A stretch of 63,687 nt of DNA, counting the filler, from Choristocarpus tenellus KU-1152 (lineage: Eukaryota > Protista > Phaeophyceae): the NCBI GenBank assembly GCA_964200185.2. It is 11 parts of 11 records of this genome, joined end to end, with 100 filler letters (N's around TTAATTAATTAA, not from the genome) between each part and the next. Parts side by side here need not be neighbours in the genome. Positions count along the whole stretch, not along the records: positions 41,515 to 44,636 come from CAXNAD020022169.1; positions 44,737 to 48,073 come from CAXNAD020020720.1; positions 48,174 to 51,657 come from CAXNAD020019717.1; positions 51,758 to 60,943 come from CAXNAD020003898.1; 7 more parts are not named here. One strand, given 5' to 3'. The notes beneath the pieces are model-generated. The model saw nothing but the letters and a program-made list of their open reading frames with translations, had not been told where the DNA came from and made no database searches. Of this stretch, positions 41,515-51,912 are shown in pieces; position 1 is the stretch's first letter; every line of letters begins with the position of its first letter. Made by a program: the position numbers and the translations under genes.

Positions 41515-41688
41515 GTTTGTTAGGAAGTGTCAATATCTATGTTTCGGACACACCTTTCATAACGTATACATTTTTACCTACTCCGAAACATTTTGGAGTC
41601 GGAAAATGTCATAAAAAACCCTTGGGAAGCCAAGCCCCACAAATGGACAAACAGGGAAAAATTTGTACCCTCTAAGATACTTTCACTC
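41515..41688 (+). mobile_element. MITE family B, right-hand part (cut at contig start)
   Basis: Internal identity to 49961-50221; ends TACCCTCTAAGATACTTTCACTC. Confidence 0.88.
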
Positions 41689-42138
41689 ACCTCTAGCATT
41701 AACCCTTCATCCAACCAACATTTTTTGTGCAATTTATCTTGGTAATGCTATTTATCAGTAGGAAGACAAGAAGCTGTGGAGCCTCACACGGTCCCCTTTG
41801 CTGAACGTGAAACAAATGGATGGGTGAAATTAGAAGAGTGACCTTTGTGGGGTGTCTTCTTATTGCCTGTTTTATTATTATTTTTCCTTCCTACATACGT
41901 CGATGGTTATGTCAAAGTAGTTGAATGCAGAATCAAACCCATGCATAACCCCATTCATAATCCGGATGTACTATCTCATTAGTTATATCACCTGGACTCA
42001 ATCAAAATGATATTCTCTCATACACAAAATAAGGTACATCTCACTATTGACCTATTTTGTACAACTTTGACCACGTGCTGCAGGGACACAGGGTAACTGA
42101 GCTATTCTCTTCTCTGGGAGAACTGACATGTTGCTGAT

Positions 42139-42237
42139 GGTCCAAAGCATTTAAGAGGGTAGGGCTGCGTCCTTTTGGGATCATAAATTCAATGTTGCAA
42201 TTTTGATTCATTTTTGCTATCGTGTTTGTTAGCAAGT
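42139..42237 (+). mobile_element. Old degenerate family B fragment
   Basis: CCAAAGCATTTAAGAGGGTAGGGCTGCGTCCTTTTGGG...GCTATCGTGTTTGTTAG aligns to the family B left arm. Confidence 0.7.
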
Positions 42238-42553
42238 CTCTAGCAGGGAGCTGAGTGACTACATTTAGAAAAAGCCCACTCCTTGTTGTATGAGCAATAG
42301 TAGGAACAAAAAGTGGAACAGAACTTGATAAGTGGGGACCAAAATAAATTAAAATTTGTGTGTGTGTGGTGTGTGATTGAACAAGCAAGTAAATCCAGAT
42401 CTTACATTGAATTAGAAAGGAGAGAGTACTATATTTATGCCAAAGAACATTGTACATCTGATACTTTCGTTAATGCTCTTATTGTCAACTAATTCCAACA
42501 GAACATTGTTTACCGTAGCTTGCACCTTTGGGACATGTAATCGATGCAATATA

Positions 42554-44226
42554 CTACCTCCGTGCCGTAAGTCTGTTTCGTGTTGTCCATAATTTTTGAA
42601 GATGTTGATCAAATTCATTTCCGAAAGAAGATTTGGAACCCTTGACGAATTTCTGGTTAGGACCAGGTCCTCTTTTTATTATTATTCCCCATCCATCACA
42701 ATTTTATCAGTCACGGAAAAAACCTCCATGTCTACCTTTGGCATGTTTTCAAGCTCACCACACAACTGCCTCTTCCTTACCCCTGTGTGCTCCACACTGA
42801 AGCCGTTCCCCCCTGTATAATCTAAGTACTTGATTGTACACAACAAAAAGGAGCTGCCAAGCTCTCTCAAGTATGGTTTGATCGCATACTCGTACTGCTT
42901 CTTAATTACCTTCACCATCTCCTCGATGGACCCAAACTGCTCCCCCATCACATGGCATTTCAAACGCCTGAAGCACAGGTCCATGATATTGAGGTCGGGG
43001 GAGTTAGATGGCTATGTCACAAGCCTAATCAATCACCCCTTAGTCTTCCCTGCCTCTGTCAAGATTTCTGAGTTTCCCTTATCCGTGTGGGGGGTGGCAC
43101 CGTCTTACTGAACAAAAACATGCTTCCCCTGCAACCAAAGCATCTTGGTCTTGATTGTAGGCAGTAACTCCTCCGTGTACCACTTCCTGTACCACAAATG
43201 GTCTAAAGTACAGTCCTGCTCATACACATCCCCATTTTTATGGTTCTTGCTTATCCTGTCTGCCATTTTTGGCGCACACACATGCCAAGCACCAAGCTTT
43301 CCATCAAACCTGTGGGCCGAATCTGGGTGGGCGTTGGCTGCAACAATCATGGTTTTGGGGATATGAATCTTGTGCTGCACGGCAGGGGACCCTGAAAGGT
43401 CGCTATCATCCAGATGTAGAGATAGCCTAACCCTTTCCCTATCAGCCATCACGTAAAACCAGGTTTCAGCCACATGGATCATGTTCGCCATGGAGGTGTA
43501 CATACCACGATTCCGGTCCACTTGATCGCAAACATGGTACATTCTCCATACCTTTTGCCACGATTTAAGCTTGGGTTTGATCCAGCGGTGATTTGGCATG
43601 GTCCGCATATCATCGAACCACCTGTTTATGGTGGTTGCCCCTTGGCGGCCATCTTCATTGTCACCTGACGCACTGTGGATGACCAATCTCGGAGTTGATA
43701 CTATGTATTGTGCCCATCTTGGTCGATGTGAGCTCCGAAGGCCACCCACTAAGTGCCACCACCCCTAGGTCAAGCGTGTGGCCACGGGCAAGCTGATCGG
43801 TGACGTCCTCCCAGAGCCCTCACATGTAACGCTCGGACACTCCAAACTCTGCTACGAGGGCCGGCCCAATGTGCCGTGGCAGTTTATGCTCACCAGGGAC
43901 CATCACAAGGGCGTGCCACACTGCAAGCACAACCCTGGTATTCAGGGACACTTGGGCGCCCTTCCTACGCAAGGGGATCGACGGGGGGGTTGCCATGCCG
44001 ATGTTCTGACCCTTGATGTGCCCAGTTCTAGCCTAAAACCCAAAAGACCCTACTTTGACGGCTTGAAGCACCTCGAGCTTATACCTGATGATCCTCGACA
44101 CCCACCTTTTGTGAAAGCTGAGATTGCCAACCCGATTTCATTCTATGGGGTTATCATCTGATTCGGCGCCATTCTCGCTCAGTGAGTCCAGACGTTTCAT
44201 GGCACGAGCTTATGGCACAGAGGTAG
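42554..44226 (-). mobile_element. Full-length decayed Tc1/mariner element (plant-type DD39D clade), TA target duplication
   Basis: TA|CTACCTCCGTGCCGTAAG ... CTTATGGCACAGAGGTAG|TA. Transposase motifs IHV(A)ETWFY, FDGKLGAW, VQ*DGATPH, PSNSPDLNIMDLCF and GGNGF..H lie between 42682 and about 44200. Confidence 0.9.
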
Positions 44227-44736
44227 TACCTACTTTGCTGGCCACTGAGTGTAGGTGCACACTATTGTATCAATATTATTACCATCATCACGGAAAGGAG
44301 TTCCAAAATTCGTGGAGCTATTTCCTACACTTCGTTGCCCATCATTTTTTTTTGCTTGTTTTGTGGTATGTGTGTATATGTATAGTTGAAACAACTGGAT
44401 ACATTGGGAATACTTAAATATGCACAGCAAATACGGCACAATTATTCCAGGTTCTTACGGTCCGCATTGCGAAATTTCAAGGATTTTTTTGTGGTTGTCT
44501 GATACACTTCTTTTCAGGATCAAGGCACAAAAACCTACAAAAGTCGCTATGCGCAATGCTGAAATGTATTTTCGTTGTAACACCCTACTTAACCAGTAAC
44601 AGGGGAATCTCAAAATTGAGGAAGGCGCGGGACTATNNNNNNNNNNNNNNNNNNNNNNNNNNNNNNNNNNNNNNNNNNNNTTAATTAATTAANNNNNNNN
44701 NNNNNNNNNNNNNNNNNNNNNNNNNNNNNNNNNNNN

Positions 44737-47563
44737 CAGCAGGGGCGGCAGCGGCTGCATCAGCAGCGGCTGCAGCGATGAGTGCAGCGGCTGCTGCTGG
44801 AGTTGGTGGAGGGGAAGGGGGCGGGGGTGGGGGGATTAACGGCGACATGGGACCAATGCGCCGTGGCCCTGCTGTGGCTCCTGGGCCGTCTCCTCGAGGG
44901 CAAGGGATTGGTTCACCGAGCAGCGTTGCAGGGGCTGTTGCAGCAGGGGCGGCAGCGGCTGCATCAGCAGCGGCTGCAGCGATGAGTGCAGCGGCTGCTG
45001 CTGGAGTTGGTGGAGGGGAAGGCGTGCGATATGGAGGGGGTAGTGTAGGGGGGGGGGGGTATGGGCCTAATGTTGGTGTGGAGGAGCTGAAAAAGGATAA
45101 GAAGGTGCTGCATCTGATGCTGAAGAACTTTGAACGTGACTTTAAGGAGAGGAATGGACGAGAGGTGATACTGGGTTTGGTGTATTGATGGGAGGCGTGT
45201 TCTTTGGTGCTGGTTTTGATGGAACAGGGAATGCTTACTGTTCCCATGCTGGGTATTTGTTTCCAGGAATAGATATTAGATCATTTTTTGGAGCTTGCTC
45301 TGCGACTTGAATGTGTTGAGACTTGTCACTCACTTTGGAGACTCACACAAACAGATGTATGTAGATTGTGTGTTTTATTTTAGGTTGCTACTGAAGATGA
45401 TACAATCGTGTGCAGGTGCTTCTGTTTTCTGTGTAGCAACACCTATTCCAACTTCGGTAGATTAAGACGAGGCCTAATAACTAACTAACATGTTGGGGCA
45501 TAAGTTGGGACATTATGGGGGTGGTTCATTGGTTGTACGATAAAAAATATATATATATGTATTTATTTATTTTTTGTAAAAATTGGATCATACATGGTAA
45601 ACACCATTGGCTTCGAATTGAGACAGCCCTGAAATCTGATCTGTTCTGAAAAAAACATGAAGCGAAATCAATTATTATTATTATTGTTGGTGTTGTTGTA
45701 CTCAAGTGCATTTGCCTTCTACGTTGCTCCTCTGTATGTCGTTGGTCTTGGGGGGCGATGTGGAGTCTTTTTGTTTGGAGAAAGGAACAAAGAGGTCACA
45801 TATACGAGGAAGGTTTTTTTTTTTGGAAAGTAATGCAGATGTGTATATATGTGTGTGTGTATGTATTTTGCACAGTGGTGGCTTTTTGGGGGGTGGAAAT
45901 GGGCACCATTTTTTTTTTCCTATGCTCTGTAGGGTTAGGGTTAGGGGTGTAAATATGGCAACCCCTCCCCCCCAAAAAAAGAAATAAAAGAAGCCATGAG
46001 TAGGTGGATTGGCCTGACTGTCTGGGTAGTGTTATTGTGCCTTGATTTTCCTGACAGTAAAAGCTGCATGATGTCTCCATTTTTGACAAGAAAAACTTTT
46101 TTTCTGATATCTTCAAATTTATATCAAAGATGAAGGGGGGGTGGGGGGGGATACGACAACACACTACTGTAGGTAGAAGGAAAGAGGGGTGATCTGATGA
46201 TAGTTCCAGATATCCACTGCTTTTTCTGTGTAAAATGGCAAAGGTTACCGATCTCTCTATTGTTGTATTTCTGTTACTGTTGACATGACTAGTTGCAGGG
46301 GAATACTTTGTCGTGTTTGGCGAACCAGTCCCAAGTCTCACGTAATGTTTGTGACAGGCTAGTTGTGTTTGGATATGTTGACTTGTGACTTGATTATTGG
46401 CTAAGGCATGCATTTGTGTTGCTGCACACATTTGTTTCGATATTTTGGTAAGGCGTTTCTCTCTTGACTTGGTAAGGCGTTTCTCGCTTGACTTGGTATG
46501 TAAAGAAAATATTTTCTTCCTGAAGCCATTAATAACCCTTACTTGATAGAATAGTTTGGATTTTTATCCATATACAGCATGGTGCTGTTCTTCTGAGAAA
46601 TTGGGGGTTGATAAACTCGGTTTGCTGGAGCTATCCATCTGTGAGGAGAGAGCTCCAAGAGGTTGGCCTTCCTCCAGCAAGTTCCAGAAAAGTAGGGGTA
46701 TCGCTGAGGAGCTGATGAACCCATGGTTGCGCACTCTGTTTTGATTGGTGTGAGCAGTGTAGTCATTGTGGTGGAAGCTTTAGGTGTCTTTGCATGGTAC
46801 TAGTACCATGTCCAGCAATTGGTCTTGTGCGGCAAGAGGATGATTATGGAAAGCACGCATCTGCTGCCCTTACTTATGCTCCCTCATCTTAGTGACTTGT
46901 GGTTGTGACCCAATAACACATGGTTGTTGCTGTGTTTAGGAAGTTCTGATGTGGCAGCCATGGGTATTGCATTTCCGCCACCGCCGCCGCCCCCCCGCCC
47001 CGTTGTCGTCGTCGTTGTCGTTGGAGATTGCATTGTATCTTTCCTAGCTGATGTGCTTGTTTTTCGTGTGAAGTAAGCTTTTCACATCTGGACCACATGT
47101 ACTCTGCCTTAAATGGCGCACATACCCCACACCCCATCTCCTGCCCTTGTCTTGCTGGAGGATGATGTTTATGGTGATCTTTTTTTGAAGTCTAGAGCTG
47201 GTTAGTTCCGCATACAGGTCCCTGATTTGGACCTAGTACTGTTGTAGTGTACCCCAAGTACAGGATGTTGGTGGTGATTTATACGCTGGAGTGCAGTATA
47301 TGTTTGTTTACTATACTATACTATACTATACTATACTATACTATACTATACTATACTATACTATAAACGCCGCATTTGGTGGGAAGTATTTGATGTCTTT
47401 CCTTACCACACAACCTTCCCTAACCCTAACCATCATTTATTCTGCCCTGTCTATCCTGCAGGTGAGTTGCCCAGAGGACATTGCCCCGGTGGAGGGAGAC
47501 TATCAGAAGTACAAAATGATAAAGAAACGACTTGCCCAGCTCACAGCTGGCTCTCGAGGGTGA
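44737..47563 (+). CDS. Protein with a FAM13-like C-terminal helical domain, partial; exons 44737-45164 and 47462-47563
   Basis: LKKDKKVLHLMLKNFERDFKERNGRE|VSCPEDIAPVEGDYQKYKMIKKRL*; phase-0 junction; preceded by Ala/Gly-rich sequence. Confidence 0.72.
47311..47365. repeat. (CTATA)n microsatellite, intronic
   Basis: Direct reading. Confidence 0.95.
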
Positions 47564-48189
47564 TTTAGCTTGTAGAGGGGGGTTTGAAGAGGATGACTTC
47601 TGGGAGAACGCGTGGAAGGAATGGGGGCCATGTGTGATAGGGAGGAAGTTCGAGCGGAGTTGAGACTGTTTGGAAGAGATCGCACTTTGGTCAGGGTTCG
47701 CTTTTATTTTTTTGTCACAGCATTTTACCAGCGTCAATTGCAAATGGATTTTCCAGCACGTTGTCGCTGTCCCTCCCCTCCACCCCCTCTTGCCATTCCT
47801 TGTGGTTGATTGCCCCCACTGTAGGCCATGATTCCATCACCAATGTTGTTTTGTAATGGTCTGTGGCCTGTGCAAGCAGTGGTGCCTTGTGGGTAGGTAA
47901 CCCCAGTTCCGCTTCAGTTGAGATGCAAAGTTGGCAGAAACAGTTCGTGTTGGTGCTGGGGGGGGAGGGGGGGAGACCCTGACTCGTACATAAGCAGAGC
48001 AGGGAGGTAAGTGGAAATGTAGGGTGGGCATGTGCCCTATCTGGTGGGGGAGATTCCCCCACTCCTTCCCAGANNNNNNNNNNNNNNNNNNNNNNNNNNN
48101 NNNNNNNNNNNNNNNNNTTAATTAATTAANNNNNNNNNNNNNNNNNNNNNNNNNNNNNNNNNNNNNNNNNNNNTTCTCGTTTCTTTGGT

Positions 48190-48214
48190 GTGGGGTGGGT
48201 GGGGGGGGGGGTGT

Positions 48215-48246
<32 letters not shown>

Positions 48247-48394
48247 GTGAGGGGGTGTCCATTTCGGTCAAACAACTATTTTTTTGCTGACATTTAAAGT
48301 CCGACACGTGCAACTATATCACACCAAAAAAGTGAAAATTGAAAAAAGGGTGAAAAACGGACGCCGATACCCCCCCTCCCAGATACATTGACCC
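48190..48394 (+). mobile_element. MITE family C, most of the body and right TIR
   Basis: G-run, GAGGGGGTGTCCATTTCGGTCAAACAAC ... AAACGGACGCCGATACCCCCCCTCCCAGATACATTGACCC; the right end is the near reverse complement of the 15160 left end. Confidence 0.75.
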
Positions 48395-48589
48395 CATTCA
48401 TTTAATTTCTGCTACATTCACGATAGGATTAAGAGTGACATTTTACTTCCTTGTCCTATCACCTGTTCTTCACATCGAAGCAGTTACGCCTCCTGTAACT
48501 TCACATCAGTGGTCTCCATTAACTATCCATGATGAAACGACTGGTGTGGCTCAAGCCTGCTATTTTTTTTTACAAGAGACACTAAGATG

Positions 48590-48775
48590 ACATTCTGTTA
48601 CAGCACGCCCCATAAGCTTACCTCCACAAGATGTATAGCTCCAGTCCGCAAGCCTGTAGATGACGCTGAAGCTTGTACAAGTCTCCCAAGATACCCCGAC
48701 AGTCAAACGTCAGGCAAGGTTAGTGGACATCAGGTCAGTAGAACAGGAATACTTCTTTCGATCAATAGCCACTGA
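48590..48775 (+). mobile_element. Transposon relic paralogous to 51170-51310 (opposite orientation)
   Basis: KLTSTRCIAPVRKPVDDAEACTSLPRYPDSQ versus NLTATGYIAPIHSPMDDADACTRLPGYYSDSQ. Confidence 0.55.
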
Positions 48776-49960
48776 TTGGTGTCAGTTAATGTTTTCTTTA
48801 TGTTATTATGCCCTCTGACATTGTGCAGATGTGTCAGAGGGGAAACAAATGAAAACTATACATATGTCAGTATAAGCCCTAAAGAAATAAAATCATAAAT
48901 GTGAAAAATACTATAAAACACTATAAATGTGAAAAACATTAATCAATTTGTTACTTCACCACTATCAATATTTGTACTACTTCCTTCCTGTGCTTCCAAT
49001 CTACCTACTCCTGCACCCCGGGGGGAGGAGCTACGGAGGCCTCCCAAGAATCCAATAACCCCTCCGTGCCCATTTTGTTTATCAATTTTCAAGAAGTGAA
49101 TAACGTGGTTGATGAAACACTCTTGTATTAACACCATCCACCTTTTTATTATTTACAGACGTTAAAAGACATCTGCAAACCGTAGCATAACATACCCAAG
49201 TTACGGATCTCACTCTGCAACTTCTAGCAAATCGGACTTCCTCTTTGTAAGGTTTCCTACGCGTGTATGCTGCTTGCACGTGTTAGAACACGAGAAGAAA
49301 TACTCACGCTATTTGCCTGTAACATGCCCCCCAGCGTGAACTAGGAATACATGTTTCACATTTACCATATGCGATAATCCCGGATCAGGACAATAAATAT
49401 CATCCATCACCTCAGATCATGCTGCGGCAGCATGCATAATTGCTATTTGGTTACATAGGGGCTTCAGTTCCGACTCTTCCAGTTGTTTCCGACCTAGGGA
49501 CTCCAGCTCCAAGTTAAACCGTGGATTCCAACAATGATCGACATATCTCCTCGTTTCTTTTGAGGATGGATCCCCAAAAGTCGCAAGACAGTCAAGATCA
49601 ATATATGTCTCTGACCAAATCGGAGTATATGTTTTATAACAAAAAATATATAACTTCAAATAGAACCAAAATAGGTATCAAAATATCCTTGTTTTGCTTG
49701 GGAATATCTGTCCCAAAGGTCACAGAACATCATCAGAGTCAGTTTGCATCTGGCCTAATCTGAATGTACACTTGGTCCTTCTGAAGCACACCTTCAAAAT
49801 TTACAAATTATGCATCTCTGACATAACCTTAAAATAATTGGGTCCCAGTTCCGATTTCCCTAATCACAAGTGTGCTTAATTTATCCATGTTCCCTCTAAA
49901 GTATCTGTCCACAATGTCACAGGATACAATCTCCATCGAATTGTGTCTACCCTAATCCGA

Positions 49961-50221
49961 GAGCCAAAATATCTTAGAGGGTAGAGCTGCGTCCATTTGG
50001 GGGCCACAATCCAATGTTGTGATTTCGATGAAATTTTGGCTATCGTGTTTGTTAGGAAATGTCAATATCCTTGTTCTGGATGCACCTTTTCATAACGTGT
50101 ACATTTTACCTAACTCCGAAATATTTTGGAGTACGAAAATGTCATTAAAAAAACACATGGGAAGCCAAGCCCCAAACGGACAAACAGGGCAAAACTCGTA
50201 CCCTCAAAGATACTTTCACTC
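49961..50221 (+). mobile_element. MITE family B, full copy (261 bp), CCGA duplicated
   Basis: ccga|GAGCCAAAATATCTTAGAGGGTA ... TACCCTCAAAGATACTTTCACTC|ccga. Confidence 0.92.
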
Positions 50222-50779
50222 CCGAGTATACGCTTGTTCCTTATGGACTGAACGTTCAAAAGTTTTATAGTTCAGATTAGGCCTACAATTAATGGGTCCT
50301 CCATTCCAGTCTTCCTAGATACAAATGTAAGTGCTATCAAGGAATATACTTACACTGTTTATGACCTACCTGACATCTGAATTATTGCCTGACCTATGCC
50401 CCCAAAGCACAGAGCATACTCAAGGCTGCTAGTGCATAAAACAGGCAATGACCGAAAATCTACAAAGCTTCAAAACTACAAGACAAAATAAATAATTGCT
50501 TATGAAAGCAAGATAAAAATAAAAAAGGGAAAACATAAGAGAAAAAATATAATAAAAAGAAAAGGAAAAAAGGATTACAAAATAAATAAATTAAAAATAA
50601 AAACTACCATAGAAACCATATGTATACTCTGTCTGATGTGTACCACTACTTGTTTCAAACTTCCGTCATCCTTCTTTCTGTGACTATGACTATTGATACG
50701 TTACCTCCTTGTTATGGCACACTTAACTATCCTCACCTTGTCTTCTAGGCATACGGTTGTTACATGTTGGGTCATCTTT

Positions 50780-51357
50780 GGGAGAAGCGACTCATTTCGC
50801 TCTTGTTAATTCCTCCTAATCTCCATCATTAAACCATACCCTTCAGTAAGGTGACTTGAAGTCGAAAACTGTGCCAGTGTACCACTTATCTCTTCCTTTC
50901 TCGTCTTTCCAAGACTTCTTGACAGTGTTACCTGTGGAAAAAAGGCACAATGCATCCTCTCGAGACAAGGGTTTTCTTGGCGGAAGGATGTCAGCTGGAC
51001 CTGGTCTCGTGTCTGGATTGTAAAGGTTCCTGAGGGTATGGAAAACAGTCAACTGAAGTGGGGTGAAGCTCTCCATTGCTTCTGGTTCTGTTATCCAATC
51101 TGACAACTGCTCATTCTGGTACTTTTCTTTGAACCAATGCTATATACATTGATGTGATGGAAACGTACCCCTGCTCTACTGACCAAACGTTGTGGATTGG
51201 ACCCCTTGACTGTCAGAGTAGTATCCTGGGAGCCTTGTACAAGCATCAGCATCATCCATAGGGCTGTGGATTGGAGCTATATATCCTGTGGCGGTAAGGT
51301 TCTGAAGTGTGCAGTAACATTTCAGCCCAGCCTGATGTAATTCCAGTGGAAGGTAAT
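50780..51357 (-). pseudogene. Decayed ORF 3' end with a Tudor-like domain, probably a retroelement C-terminus
   Basis: VKKSWKDEKGRDKWYTGTVFDFKSPY*RVWFNDGD*EELT fits a Tudor-like barrel pattern. It has stops and a second diverged copy nearby; no RT is visible. Confidence 0.5.
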
Positions 51358-51657
51358 GAGTGAAAGTATCTTAGATGGTACGAGTTTTACGCTGTTTGTC
51401 CATTTGGGGCTTGGTTTCCCATGTTTTTTTTATGACGTTTTCCTACTGTAAAATGTTTTGGAGTAGGTAAAATATATATATTATGAAAAGATGTGTCCGG
51501 AACATGGATATTGACACTTCCTAACAAACACGATAGCGAAAACTCTATATCAAAACCGCCAAATTGGATTTTGACCCCCAAAAGGAGAGCCAAAGTATCT
51601 TAGAGGGTAGAGCCGCGTCCATTTGGGGGCCAAAATCCAATGTTGCGATTTTAATGT
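51358..51657. mobile_element. Two nested family B copies: 51358-51586 interrupted by an opposite-orientation copy starting at 51587
   Basis: GAGTGAAAGTATCTTAG...TTTTGACCCCCAAAAGGA|GAGCCAAAGTATCTTAGAGGGTAG; the contig ends inside the second copy. Confidence 0.88.
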
Positions 51658-51757
51658 NNNNNNNNNNNNNNNNNNNNNNNNNNNNNNNNNNNNNNNNNNN
51701 NTTAATTAATTAANNNNNNNNNNNNNNNNNNNNNNNNNNNNNNNNNNNNNNNNNNNN

Positions 51758-51912
51758 GGGGGGGGATCTAGATCAGGTTGTCCATTTGGGTCAAAATCAG
51801 AAAAAGTGCATTTACATCATCCATCCGACATGGGCAACCAAATCACCCCAAAATCGCGACATGAAAATATTGACCCCAAATGGACAGCCGCCACCCACCC
51901 CCAGATACTTTG
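51758..51912 (-). mobile_element. MITE family A copy at contig start
   Basis: TGTCCATTTGGGTCAAAATCAG...CCCCAAATGGACAGCCGCCACC..CCAGATACTTTG. Confidence 0.87.

Noticed and set aside
43008-43107. RIP-like hypermutation in the mariner (presumed CAA>TAA, CAG>TAG, TGG>TGA)
   Set aside because: Three transitions in differing contexts are compatible with ordinary decay and cannot be tested without other copies.
46793-46810. Perfect 18-bp palindrome CATGGTACTAGTACCATG
   Set aside because: Single intronic occurrence with no associated structure; possibly a repair footprint but unsupported.
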